In this document: piece by piece, positions 26,570-36,510 of the stretch
How positions within the stretch are numbered: position 1 is the first letter of the stretch
Layout: every line of letters begins with the position of its first letter
Notes under the pieces: model-generated
What the model saw: only the letters and a program-made list of their open reading frames with translations
The model's database searches: none
What the model was told of the DNA's origin: nothing
Made by a program: the position numbers and the translations under genes
Source: a virus
Lineage: Duplodnaviria; Caudoviricetes
Virus record (IMG/VR): IMGVR_UViG_3300025653_000041
Location: 1 to 58,718 of that record
Strand: one strand, 5' to 3'
DNA: 58,718 bases

Positions 26570-28499
26570 TCAAGTCAACTATTTCACAAGCATCTGCAGT
26601 ACACGCTAACTCACGTCCACCTGATGTTGTATCTTCTTTCTCAAACTCCTGTAGCAATGACCAGTCTACACTCTTAGGCATCTGTGCCAGCATAGCATCA
26701 TACTCGTCCTCTGTACAGTCCTGATACGGTGCTTGCTTGTACGTATGGTCACTGAATGGTAGGAAGCTGATACCTGACACTTCATCAAAGTGGTCATATA
26801 CCCACGAGCCTACCTGCATCCATTCGTTTTCCTTCACAGAAATTGTTACGCTAGGCTTATGTTCGCACCAAAATCTTTGATAGGTAAGCCACAACTCAAG
26901 CTGTTCAATAGCCGACAGAATTGTGCGTGTTACCGCCCCACGTGGTGATGCCATTGGGAAGCTGAACACTGTAGTAGACTCAGGCTTCATAACATCTGGC
27001 TCATTAGGGATACCTTCTGCGATAAGGAACTGTGTAAGTGGGTCTTTGTTATCACCACGCACAGTCCGAATGTAGTGTGGGTTGTGCCTTGCATGAATGC
27101 CAGACGCACTGTCCACAAGCTGTGACACTGTACCACTAGGCTTCACACAGGTAATAGCTGTTGACTGTGGGATACCAAGCTGTTGTGCCATAGCCGCATT
27201 AGTCTCTACTGCTGTGTCACGCAATGTCTCTAGTGTCTGACCAATGTTCTTACCAAGGTGGGCTGATGTGCCACTGAGCAAGTCATTGTCCATGATACCT
27301 GTAAGTGATACACCCAACAAGCGTTCTTCCTCTGTGTTCTTCTTCCAGATATTACGAAGATACTTGAAGTCAGTCAGTGTAGATTGGAATGTACCCAAGA
27401 TTGTAGCCAAGCGTACCTTCTCTCGTAGTGTCTGCTGTGTATCACCAGCACGTGCTACTACCTCTGACAGATTACAGAACTGGTATGGGCGTAGCAGGAT
27501 TTCACTGCAAGGGTTACACCCGAAGTCATGTTCTGTATCACGTCTGCCATTCTTAGCGGCTTGCTTCTTAGCAGATTCACGGTTGAAGATACCACGTTCA
27601 CCTGACTTACTCTCGTACAGTGACACCCATTCACGCATAAATGTACCCATCTCAGGCTTGCCTTTGTATGCCACAGAGTTATTAGCCAGCGCACGTTGCC
27701 CTTCATTCTCCCACCACTGACCTGACTTGGCGTGTGCCATCTGGTCATCATTAAGATTAGATAATGAAATCAATGCACTACGGCGTACACCACCGACTAC
27801 AACAACCTCACCAATCTTACACATGATGTCGTGGCATTCGATAGGGAACAGCTTACGACCTGCCGCATTCTTGAACTTGTCAATAACAAACTGGAATAGT
27901 TCTTCCAGAGGTGCTGGGCCGGATGCCCTACCGCCAAATGTCTTGAGTCGTTCACCTGCTGGACGTACAGCAGACACATCCCATTTAGGAATCTGACCAG
28001 CATATAGCATAGCAATCAATTCACGTAGAGACTTAGCCCATCCGGGGCGGCTGTCACCTACCTTGATTACTGTGTCAGTCTCATGCATGTCTTCATTAAC
28101 TGTAGGCATCTTCTCAATGTTGTGTCGTTCCACAGAGAAGCCTACACCAGTGCCACACATTAGGATGTACATAGTTTCATCGAAGGCTCTAGGGCTGTCC
28201 ACAGGGACGTAAGAGCAGTTGTATGCCCCTACGTGGCAACGGTCTAGTGCAGGGCCAGATGTCATCAAGGCTCTCATGCTAGGCATGATGTCCTGATTGA
28301 GTACAGCTTCTTCTAGTTCACCACGTAGTTCATCTGATAGCACATAGTTACACGTGCTTTGTAGATGGTTCTTCATGTAATCAAAGTAGCGTTCTACTGT
28401 CTCAACCCATGTCTCACGGCGTTGTTCATCTTCTTTCCATCGGGCATACCGTGATAGCGCGATGAAGTTTTGGTAGTCTGTTGGTAGGTAATTGTTCAT
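26559..28499 (-). CDS. nrdJ: class II (adenosylcobalamin-dependent) ribonucleotide reductase
   Basis: MPSMR, YNCSY, VVVGGVRRSA, GCNPCSEI, TCVKPSGT, C-terminal C...C pair; no beta subunit gene present. Confidence 0.9.
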   Translation of the reverse strand: MNNYLPTDYQNFIALSRYARWKEDEQRRETWVETVERYFDYMKNHLQSTCNYVLSDELRGELEEAVLNQDIMPSMRALMTSGPALDRCHVGAYNCSYVPVDSPRAFDETMYILMCGTGVGFSVERHNIEKMPTVNEDMHETDTVIKVGDSRPGWAKSLRELIAMLYAGQIPKWDVSAVRPAGERLKTFGGRASGPAPLEELFQFVIDKFKNAAGRKLFPIECHDIMCKIGEVVVVGGVRRSALISLSNLNDDQMAHAKSGQWWENEGQRALANNSVAYKGKPEMGTFMREWVSLYESKSGERGIFNRESAKKQAAKNGRRDTEHDFGCNPCSEILLRPYQFCNLSEVVARAGDTQQTLREKVRLATILGTFQSTLTDFKYLRNIWKKNTEEERLLGVSLTGIMDNDLLSGTSAHLGKNIGQTLETLRDTAVETNAAMAQQLGIPQSTAITCVKPSGTVSQLVDSASGIHARHNPHYIRTVRGDNKDPLTQFLIAEGIPNEPDVMKPESTTVFSFPMASPRGAVTRTILSAIEQLELWLTYQRFWCEHKPSVTISVKENEWMQVGSWVYDHFDEVSGISFLPFSDHTYKQAPYQDCTEDEYDAMLAQMPKSVDWSLLQEFEKEDTTSGGRELACTADACEIVDLNAA

Positions 28500-28504
28500 A
28501 TCTG

Positions 28505-28666
28505 TCACTCCGTTATTGTTCTCATTGTTCTAATGTCGGCACCTTCTACATCATAGAAGTATTCACGTATGCCATCTTCTATCTCTTCCCCCACCTGTCC
28601 ATCAGCAGGGATGGGGTATTCCTCTTCATCTATATCCAAGGTAATAAACATTTTAACTCTTACCAT
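28505..28666 (-). CDS. 53-aa acidic protein (not in ORF track)
   Basis: MVRVKMFITLDIDEEEYPIPADG...; fills the gap between DUF3310 and RNR. Confidence 0.55.
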   Translation of the reverse strand: MVRVKMFITLDIDEEEYPIPADGQVGEEIEDGIREYFYDVEGADIRTMRTITE

Positions 28667-28952
28667 CTGCTATTACCTCTTCAATCAACTTATCCAAGTA
28701 CCACTTGGCTTTCTCTAAATCCTCAACAGGCTTGTCCTTGTAGTCAAACCGCCATAGATACTTGAGGATGTTACCTTGCAGGTAATACTTGAACCCATCA
28801 CCAGTAGCCGCAGAGATAGCATGAATACACTCAATGCCTGTCTGGTTGTAATGTGGTGGACTATTCACCATGTCCACACCACCATAGGCTTCCTTGCCAG
28901 CTTGCTCTGCTTCATCTTCCATCATCTGTTTCATGTATGCCTCGTGTCTCAT
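28653..28952 (-). CDS. DUF3310-family protein (T7 gp1.7 nucleotide kinase-related)
   Basis: VNSPPHY...IECI.AI...GNILKYLWR...EDLEKAKWYL. Confidence 0.85.
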   Translation of the reverse strand: MRHEAYMKQMMEDEAEQAGKEAYGGVDMVNSPPHYNQTGIECIHAISAATGDGFKYYLQGNILKYLWRFDYKDKPVEDLEKAKWYLDKLIEEVIADGKS

Positions 28953-29317
28953 GCGTTACCCCCTGTCTTTGTGTTGAAGTTAAGATGAACTACGTTACCA
29001 TCGTACTCTTTCTCAACGCCCACCTTCTCCTCTAGTTCTACATCAATTTCCATCTCGTTGTCAATAACTTTTGTGACATACTCATGCACAATATTACGAA
29101 TACTTTCTTCTTGCTCCATGATAGGCACAGTAGCACACATCATCTTACAGAAATGCATGACATTGCCATAGTCATCATCCGTCATAGGGTTGTCAGGGAA
29201 TGCCATGATTGAGATGTCTATCTCACCACTCCATTCACCGTCATCGTCAGCGAAGGGTCTTACTCGTATAATGAAATCCTCGTCTTGTATTCTTTCCATC
29301 ATTTCATCTTTGTTCAT
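28949..29317 (-). CDS. hypothetical protein
   Basis: Coupled acidic ORF ending NVVHLNF. Confidence 0.6.
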   Translation of the reverse strand: MNKDEMMERIQDEDFIIRVRPFADDDGEWSGEIDISIMAFPDNPMTDDDYGNVMHFCKMMCATVPIMEQEESIRNIVHEYVTKVIDNEMEIDVELEEKVGVEKEYDGNVVHLNFNTKTGGNA

Positions 29318-29775
29318 TTCTTTTTTCTCCTCTTCACTGTTGAGTTTGGGTGGCTGATAAAGTCAGGGTGTTTGTCTTTGCCTTTCTCTTTCAGCCAATC
29401 TTCTGGAATGATACGGTCATAGTATCTGAAACCATTCTTGATACACCAATCACCGTATGTTGTCTTTGCTCCTTTACGTATCTTGCTCTTACTATTCTCA
29501 AACACAAAGCGTATATCCAATTCAGGATGTTGCTTCTTGATTTCAATGTGCTTACGTCTATCTGCCGTAACGAACCTACCTTTTACCTCAACGATGATAC
29601 CATTGTCAAGTATGTAGTCGGGTGTATAGGTACGGTAGGCTAGGTCTTCCCATTCAATCTTGATGGCCTCGTATCTAAACGATACTTTGTCTGCCTTCAA
29701 CTTCTCTGCTATGGTCAACTCTAGCCCACTACGATACCCATACTTCCGTGCGGCTCTCCATGCCTTATGGTACAA
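29314..29775 (-). CDS. T7 endonuclease I-like Holliday junction resolvase
   Basis: YRSGLE, YTPDY, IVEVKGRF, DIRFVF motifs. Confidence 0.9.
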   Translation of the reverse strand: MYHKAWRAARKYGYRSGLELTIAEKLKADKVSFRYEAIKIEWEDLAYRTYTPDYILDNGIIVEVKGRFVTADRRKHIEIKKQHPELDIRFVFENSKSKIRKGAKTTYGDWCIKNGFRYYDRIIPEDWLKEKGKDKHPDFISHPNSTVKRRKKK

Positions 29776-30619
29776 CTACATCTCCTATGTATGATACAGT
29801 CGGTGGCACTTTAGCCTTGGACATTACTGCTGGGCGTTCAGTTAGGGTGTCCCAACAATCGAAACGATAAGAGCAAAACTTACACCCATCATTAAGTACT
29901 TTATTGCCTGTCTCTTTTCCTCTGAACTTCTCTTCAACTGGTGCGAAACATCTTTCAAACTTATTCTCCTCTACTGTTGTTACGGTATCCTGTATCTTGG
30001 CTACCTCTGTGTCTACGTCTAAGCCTGTAGCTGGTACGTACTTGAACTCGCCATTGGCTTTGTTCACTACCCACCATCCACCAGCCTTCTTACCTGCGGC
30101 TTTAGCATACCCAGCAAGCTGTGCTATGTACCCAAAGCCATCACCTGCCGCCAGTGTATCATATGATTCAAACTTGTTCTGATACGACCAGTTGCTTGCA
30201 GATTTAATATCATCAACAGCGTCATTGATTACAATGTCGTACTCACCGTTGATGCTTGTGTTGTCTAGTTCTAGTGTGACCTTTGTATTGTCTTGGTAAT
30301 CCACACCTGCTTCTTTGAGCAAGCCCTTGAATACAGCCTCTACAATATCACCTAGCATCATGTTCATAATGAATGTGGTAGGGAAAGGGAGAGCAACTTC
30401 AGGCTTGTTCTTAGCATACCAAAGCTGGCAGTTAGGTCTGCCAACATTGGACATACGTAGCTTGAAGTCGTCTCTCGACTTACCCCCACCAAACTGACGC
30501 TTCAGTGCGTCTGCTACGTCAGTCGCTACCTGATTGATGGTAGTCTCTGACATAGTGCTGTTACCATTAACAGCATCAGACATATACTGATGTAACGCCA
30601 GTTCAGCAGGATGGTTCAT
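29765..30619 (-). CDS. Cas4/RecB-like PD-(D/E)xK exonuclease
   Basis: RMSNVGRPNCQLW, GEYD...DDIKS, QLAGY, C-terminal CKFCSYRFDC. Confidence 0.8.
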   Translation of the reverse strand: MNHPAELALHQYMSDAVNGNSTMSETTINQVATDVADALKRQFGGGKSRDDFKLRMSNVGRPNCQLWYAKNKPEVALPFPTTFIMNMMLGDIVEAVFKGLLKEAGVDYQDNTKVTLELDNTSINGEYDIVINDAVDDIKSASNWSYQNKFESYDTLAAGDGFGYIAQLAGYAKAAGKKAGGWWVVNKANGEFKYVPATGLDVDTEVAKIQDTVTTVEENKFERCFAPVEEKFRGKETGNKVLNDGCKFCSYRFDCWDTLTERPAVMSKAKVPPTVSYIGDVVVP

Positions 30620-31521
30620 TATGCTACCTCTTCTTCTACTTCAATATCAACGATACCATCAAGGTCAACATCATCCAAGTCATCATCCTGCTTGGATATA
30701 GCCTTCTCTGCATAGGTATTGATGATATACGTATTGTAGTTCTCAATCCATGCCATGAAGTCAGCGAACCTGTTCTGGTCATCCTGTGACAGTTCGACTG
30801 TCTTGGTGACATCCAGATTAACAACAGGCAGGTAGAAGCTACTACCATTAGGTAGCTTACGTTCTTCTGTCTGTGCTGAAATCATGTGCTGTACAGGAAG
30901 ACGCTTCATCTTAGCCAGCTTGGTGAAACATGCGCCGACAGTCTTGAAGGCATCACGATTGTCAATCTCCCAGATGAATGGTGTAGTCTGTACCTCTACA
31001 GAGTTACCGTTTGCATCCACAGGGTCAATCAAATCAACCGTACCAAGAATGACACGCACTCGCTTGACAGACTTGATAAGTTCCTTCGTAGCTTCTGGCA
31101 GTGACTTGTAGTCTTCAATCCAACCAGAAGGCTTACCACAGTTGAAGCCACCATCGTTGTCTTTCAAGTCCATGTTGATGTTGTCACTCATAACAGTCTT
31201 GACGTAGCGATTAGGTGTGTTACCTGATGCCATCACAAACTTCTTATACATGAAGCGTTGCATGAATGGACGCACCTTAATATCTTTAGCGTAGTAAGTC
31301 GGACCGTCTGGGATTTCCAGCTTGTAGTGTCCACCTTCAATCACTTCCATATTAACACGCTTGCCATTTACTTCTGCTTCACCCATGATAGGTGTGTGAT
31401 GGATGCGCAGACGAGCCAGTGTGCTAGTCTGTTGCTTAGTTGAACCGCCTTCATGTGCAATGCCCATAGCTTTAGACATAGCGGCGTAGTTGTTAGTATC
31501 AATAGTTGTAAGTTCAGTCAT
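30619..31521 (-). CDS. putative ssDNA-binding protein
   Basis: Follows the polymerase gene; acidic C-terminal tail. Confidence 0.5.
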   Translation of the reverse strand: MTELTTIDTNNYAAMSKAMGIAHEGGSTKQQTSTLARLRIHHTPIMGEAEVNGKRVNMEVIEGGHYKLEIPDGPTYYAKDIKVRPFMQRFMYKKFVMASGNTPNRYVKTVMSDNINMDLKDNDGGFNCGKPSGWIEDYKSLPEATKELIKSVKRVRVILGTVDLIDPVDANGNSVEVQTTPFIWEIDNRDAFKTVGACFTKLAKMKRLPVQHMISAQTEERKLPNGSSFYLPVVNLDVTKTVELSQDDQNRFADFMAWIENYNTYIINTYAEKAISKQDDDLDDVDLDGIVDIEVEEEVA

Positions 31522-31554
31522 ATGTTTATCTCCTTTTCTGAGTCAAGTTCCATA

Positions 31555-31583
31555 GTTATATCAGGTTACATCCACTACGTCAA
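31555..31583 (-). promoter_or_regulatory. sigma70-type promoter
   Basis: TTGACG-17-TATAAC with extended -10 TG on the minus strand. Confidence 0.65.
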
Positions 31584-33603
31584 GCCAATTCTTTCCTATT
31601 TTTGCTTCTAATAGTAGTGGAACATTGAACACCACACCCCAACGAGATGTGATGAGTGAAGGTAGTGCATCATTCGTGTCCTGTATGACCTTGATTACCT
31701 GCTGTTCTTCATCAGGATGCACGTCAATAACTATACTGTCGTGTACTGAATTGACCACACAACTACGCATGTCCTTGAGTAAGGCATCAATGTGTAGCAG
31801 TGCAACAGGTACAATGTCTGCAGTAGCAAATGATTGCACAGGGTAGTTCTTAATCTGAGTAAAGAATGATACTGTACCGTTAGCCCTACGTACAACGTCA
31901 GGGAAAGCGAACTGCCTACCTGATGGTGTAGTAATGTGCCTAGTGTTTACAGCTTCTTTAGCCAGTCGGGAATGCCAAGCTGAGACCCCCTTGTACTTCT
32001 CGTTGAAGTGTTCGTAGTATGCGGCTTCGGCTTTTGTTCGTCCGTATCCGCTGGCACCGTAGAGTGGTGCAAACGTGTGCGCCTTCGCATCTTGGCGAGA
32101 CGTATGTTGACCAGCATCGGTAATAACTTTAGCGGTATATGCATGTACATCAAATCCAGTAGAGACTTCTTCAATTGCAACTCCATCTTGTGATAGGAAT
32201 GCGGCGGCGCGAAACTCAAGCTGTGCAAAGTCAGCTTCCATTACCTTACCACCAGCAAACCGTGATACGAATACCTTCTTAACAGGGAAGGTGCCGCCGC
32301 GCGGCATGTTCTGCATGTTAGGGTCAGCACCAGAGAACCTACCAGTAAAGGTGCGGTGCTGTAGTAGACGGACATGCAGCTTTCCGTCTTTCTTAATATT
32401 CCTACTAATGCCATCAACAAATGATGACAGATAAAGATATACGGCTGACAACCTGCGAACTTTAGATAGGAAGTCAACTGCGTCTGTCATACCTTTAGAT
32501 TTAGCGACAGACTCAAGTAACTCAAGGTTAGTTTTGCTGGTAGTGAATCCATTAGCACTAGCCCACTTCGCGGAAGGTGGTTTGAACTTTAATCCCGCAA
32601 GAGTAGATAGATTGACCAGATTATAACCAGCACCACCACATGTTTTACAAGTGTGATGTCTTGTATAAAGTGTTCCATCGACCTTTACCTTTCTTATCTT
32701 TCCAGTACCATTACATTCATTGCACTGCTCTGCTGTTGTCTTGTACACACGTTCTGTACCGCCAGCCACTAAACTATTAAAGTCTGCATCTGGCATATAA
32801 GGGTCAATAGCGTTACCCCAATAAGGCTTGTCCAATACCTTGCGGCTGTAGATAACCCATGACAATTGCTCTGGGCTGTTGAGGTTGATAGGTGTATCAC
32901 CCATCAGCTTACGTACATGAACCTGCAAATCGTCAATAAGCTGACGCTTCTCTTGTTCAAATTCTTGACGCACTTCATCCAGCTTGGTAACGTCAACACT
33001 GAAACCACGCTGATAGATACGTGAAAGGCACACAGCTACCTCATTGGTGAGTGTCACTGTAGGCATAAGCCGTGCATCAGCTTGTGTGTTGAGGCGGTAT
33101 ACCAACCTGTCAGACAGTTGCTGTGTAGCATGTAAGTCAGCAGATAAATACTCAGACAACTCAGCGTGAGGAATGTCACGAGTAGAGTAGCCTTTCTTGA
33201 AGTACTCTTTGAGTGTATCTTGCTTCTTAGTGTCCAACTCATAGCGTTCAGCACAAGCCTCAAGTGATAGCGGCTCTTTGATACCACGCTGTAGCACATA
33301 CTCTGCAAGCATCGTGTCAAAGACAGCACCATCATACTTGAAGCCAGACTCCCAAAGCCACAGCAAATCATGTGCGGCATTGTGCATGATAAGAACAGTA
33401 GCGGCATCAAGGAACTCCTGTACCAGTACGTGTCCACCTTCATCTGCATCCACCTCACTGTGGTCAAAGGTAACAATACGTTCAACGCCTTGGTCTGTAA
33501 GCATACCAACCATAGTCAGTGAGTTCTCTGGCTCAAAGGGGTCAAGGTAAAGGCGACCATCTCTAGTTACCGTAGTGTTTTCTACATCAAGTGTTAGCTT
33601 CAT
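31561..33603 (-). CDS. family A DNA polymerase with DnaJ-like zinc-finger insert
   Basis: Exo DVE, HNAAHD, DTM; pol TGRFS, ADFAQLEFR, KAHTFAPLYG, NYPVQS, VHDS; CNECNGTG and CKTCGGAG insert. Confidence 0.95.
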   Translation of the reverse strand: MKLTLDVENTTVTRDGRLYLDPFEPENSLTMVGMLTDQGVERIVTFDHSEVDADEGGHVLVQEFLDAATVLIMHNAAHDLLWLWESGFKYDGAVFDTMLAEYVLQRGIKEPLSLEACAERYELDTKKQDTLKEYFKKGYSTRDIPHAELSEYLSADLHATQQLSDRLVYRLNTQADARLMPTVTLTNEVAVCLSRIYQRGFSVDVTKLDEVRQEFEQEKRQLIDDLQVHVRKLMGDTPINLNSPEQLSWVIYSRKVLDKPYWGNAIDPYMPDADFNSLVAGGTERVYKTTAEQCNECNGTGKIRKVKVDGTLYTRHHTCKTCGGAGYNLVNLSTLAGLKFKPPSAKWASANGFTTSKTNLELLESVAKSKGMTDAVDFLSKVRRLSAVYLYLSSFVDGISRNIKKDGKLHVRLLQHRTFTGRFSGADPNMQNMPRGGTFPVKKVFVSRFAGGKVMEADFAQLEFRAAAFLSQDGVAIEEVSTGFDVHAYTAKVITDAGQHTSRQDAKAHTFAPLYGASGYGRTKAEAAYYEHFNEKYKGVSAWHSRLAKEAVNTRHITTPSGRQFAFPDVVRRANGTVSFFTQIKNYPVQSFATADIVPVALLHIDALLKDMRSCVVNSVHDSIVIDVHPDEEQQVIKVIQDTNDALPSLITSRWGVVFNVPLLLEAKIGKNWLDVVDVT

Positions 33604-34823
33604 CCTTCATACCTCGCTGTCAGATAGTCCAACTCACAGTTCACCATGCCGTGCCAGCCATTCAGCTTGTTCTTCACGATGTTCATGTGACGTAGTGGGC
33701 TATCCTCTTCCTGTCCTTCAACAGTAGGTGACTTACCAATCAGTATCATAAGGTCAGCCTCTGCCGCCTTACCAGTACGTGAACCTTCCATCATAGACTG
33801 ATTAAGTTGTGACCGTCCTTCTGCCTCTGCGGATAGCTGAGACATATAGAATACAGCACAGTCATACGTCTTGGCAATCTGCCTAGCATGAATAGCGCAA
33901 GCCTTGAGTGCCTCGTCAGGGCGAGAGAAGCCACCAGCAGTCTGGAACTTATCACCCATGTCAAGCACAAGAATGTCAGGCTTGTACGACTTACATACAG
34001 ATTCAACCCACGCCATGTCACGTCCACCAGCTTCTTTAATCTTGATGTTATTCATCACTGGTTCATACAATGACTTAGCCATTGCCATGTTAGACTTGAC
34101 ATCACGTGCTGACATACCAGCGGCGGCTGTCAGATACCTAGCACCAACACGGTGGGTGGGTTCCTCATTACACAGGATGACACATCTAGCACCCTGTGAT
34201 GCGAACCCACCCGGCGCGGCTATAAGACTGGCATGAAAGGAAGTCTTGCCAGTGTTAGGCCGTGCGCCTACCTCAATCAGTTGACCAGCACTAACGCCTT
34301 CAACCTTACGTGCTACGCTAGGTATATTGAATGACCACTTGGCTTCTAGTTCAGCCTTCGCCATCAATGTCTCAATGCTGATGTCATCCCACTCAATCTT
34401 TAGATTAGGGGTGAAGTCATCACCATACTGCTCAAGTAGATTGCGTAGCTTCTCAAGCGTAGCGGCAGAGCCGTTGACCATATCGAATCCGATATTGGCT
34501 ACGTCCTCACCAATAACCTGCTGGAATAGTTTAGATAGCACCTCTTGTGCTACGTCACCACCCATAGGTTGCTCACGCTTGATGGTATTGAACAGGGATG
34601 TATAGGCTTGCTTCTGTGCAGTGGTGAGTGTCGGGTTGTTCGACATGAACAATGCCTCAATCTCGTCAGGTGTAACAGTACGTTCATACCTATCCATAGC
34701 TGTATCAATAGCTTCTTTAATCTTACGCACGTCCTTGCTGAACAAGCGTGTTGGACAGCGCGAACCACGATGGTCATCGTAGAACTCTTTATCCATTAGG
34801 CTTCTTATAAGTGTAAGTTCCAT
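33600..34823 (-). CDS. DnaB/T7 gp4-like replicative helicase
   Basis: GARPNTGKT Walker A, NEE, LVLD, SQLS, KNK. Confidence 0.9.
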   Translation of the reverse strand: MELTLIRSLMDKEFYDDHRGSRCPTRLFSKDVRKIKEAIDTAMDRYERTVTPDEIEALFMSNNPTLTTAQKQAYTSLFNTIKREQPMGGDVAQEVLSKLFQQVIGEDVANIGFDMVNGSAATLEKLRNLLEQYGDDFTPNLKIEWDDISIETLMAKAELEAKWSFNIPSVARKVEGVSAGQLIEVGARPNTGKTSFHASLIAAPGGFASQGARCVILCNEEPTHRVGARYLTAAAGMSARDVKSNMAMAKSLYEPVMNNIKIKEAGGRDMAWVESVCKSYKPDILVLDMGDKFQTAGGFSRPDEALKACAIHARQIAKTYDCAVFYMSQLSAEAEGRSQLNQSMMEGSRTGKAAEADLMILIGKSPTVEGQEEDSPLRHMNIVKNKLNGWHGMVNCELDYLTARYEG

Positions 34824-34827
34824 GTGG

Positions 34828-35607
34828 TTATTCTCCTATCTGTTTGCGGAGAGCATCTAGCTTCTCCATGTCTGTCGGGTTTCTATACTTTATATCATCC
34901 ACCAACCTCAATACACGAACATCCGAAACGTGTCCACGTAATTCTTTCGCCATAGCAAGTGTCTTAGGTAAGGCATCGGGGTCTAATGCTATGACTGCTG
35001 TTGAGAACTGTGCAAGATACCTTCTATGCGACTCTTGGAGAGATGTACCAAGAAGCGCAACCCCGACAAAGGAACCATAACCAACAATGGCCGCACTCAC
35101 ACAGTCCTCAACAACTACAGCGACTTTACCACAACCTGATGTATATGGCAAGCCACTATTTCCATATCGTTTCCATTTAGGAATACGTTTACTCAATGTT
35201 CTGCCTGTTGCATCAACCAGCTTGCCATCATGTACGACAGGGAACACCACACGGTCTTCCTTTACATCATACATCAGGGCATGTTCATCTTCGTTGATAC
35301 CCCACTCAGCACACCACTTAACCACGGCACGTTTGCCACGATGGGGTACGATGTAGGTAGGAAGTTCAAACTTTTCTTCAGCGAAATCTTCAGCACCTGT
35401 GAAGCCGCGCTTGATGTCTTCCACTGTGAGATGGACACGAGTGCCACCTGATACACCACAAGATACCTTGTAGCAGTTCCAGATAAGTTTACCCATGTTG
35501 TTAGTCACAGTGAATGTCTTGTGTCCATTACATGAAGGACAGTTCATACGTTTGGTTTCTCCATTACGTATATCTAATTCACTTACTATGTTATATATAT
35601 TACTCAT
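34828..35607 (-). CDS. DNA primase (Zn ribbon plus TOPRIM)
   Basis: CPSC...CYKVSC; VVVEDCVSA; ALDPDA. Confidence 0.88.
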   Translation of the reverse strand: MSNIYNIVSELDIRNGETKRMNCPSCNGHKTFTVTNNMGKLIWNCYKVSCGVSGGTRVHLTVEDIKRGFTGAEDFAEEKFELPTYIVPHRGKRAVVKWCAEWGINEDEHALMYDVKEDRVVFPVVHDGKLVDATGRTLSKRIPKWKRYGNSGLPYTSGCGKVAVVVEDCVSAAIVGYGSFVGVALLGTSLQESHRRYLAQFSTAVIALDPDALPKTLAMAKELRGHVSDVRVLRLVDDIKYRNPTDMEKLDALRKQIGE

Positions 35608-35631
35608 ATAATATCACTTTCTCTGCGGCAG

Positions 35632-36510
35632 TTAAGTGCTTTTACCATGAGATTTACGTGCTGTCAATGCATTATTTGCAGAGGCATACGTATTTTTCAT
35701 GTAAGGTTTAACTGACTGTGGGTTACTATGTCCTGTTACCGACATGATTTGTCCCATAGACACACCAGCTTCGACCATCTGTGTCGTACCAGTGCGCCGC
35801 AAGTCCATCAGTCGTAACTCGTCAGGCAGTCCAGCTTCGCGCATGACAGCCCTTCCAGCTTTCGATAGCCTCTCCATGCTGTATGGGTGGTACTCGCCCT
35901 GTGTGGGGCTTGTACGCGGAGCAACGTAGCTTTGAAAGCCAAAGTCTTGCTCCTGCTGGGTCAGCATCTCAAGCAAGTCATCTTCGATAGGCAAAGTTAC
36001 CTCTGCCCTACGCTTAGACTGCTCAAGATACAGCTTCTTCTCAGGTAAATCAAGGTTATCCCATGTCAATAAGCGCATGTCACCTAGTCGCTGACACCAC
36101 TCATAGGCCATGTGTACGATAAGTCCAAGGCTACGCCACTGAAACTCACTGTATGCAGTGTCAAGGAACTGACGCACATCATCCTCAGACCACACAACTT
36201 TTCGTTGTGGTGCAGTCTTACGTCTGACGTTAGCGAATGGGTTCACCTCTGCATACTCCATCTCAATAGCGTAGCGATAGACGATAGATGAAACAGTACA
36301 GACATGGTTGGCGAGGCTGATACCCCGCGCAACCCACTCCTCATACGCATGTTTAGCTTGCTTGCTAGTGAGTTCGTCAAACTTTACATCGGCAAAGTTG
36401 TCAAGCATTACACCAAGAAAGTATTCATAGTCTTTCTTAGACCTGTCGCGTAACATATTGTAATCATTAGAAGTATAATACTTCTGTACTAAATCATCTA
36501 CCGTAATCAT
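35632..36510 (-). CDS. tyrosine integrase/recombinase
   Basis: QRLGD (R), QSK (K), DLRRT (R), TGH, PY catalytic residues. Confidence 0.85.
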   Translation of the reverse strand: MITVDDLVQKYYTSNDYNMLRDRSKKDYEYFLGVMLDNFADVKFDELTSKQAKHAYEEWVARGISLANHVCTVSSIVYRYAIEMEYAEVNPFANVRRKTAPQRKVVWSEDDVRQFLDTAYSEFQWRSLGLIVHMAYEWCQRLGDMRLLTWDNLDLPEKKLYLEQSKRRAEVTLPIEDDLLEMLTQQEQDFGFQSYVAPRTSPTQGEYHPYSMERLSKAGRAVMREAGLPDELRLMDLRRTGTTQMVEAGVSMGQIMSVTGHSNPQSVKPYMKNTYASANNALTARKSHGKST

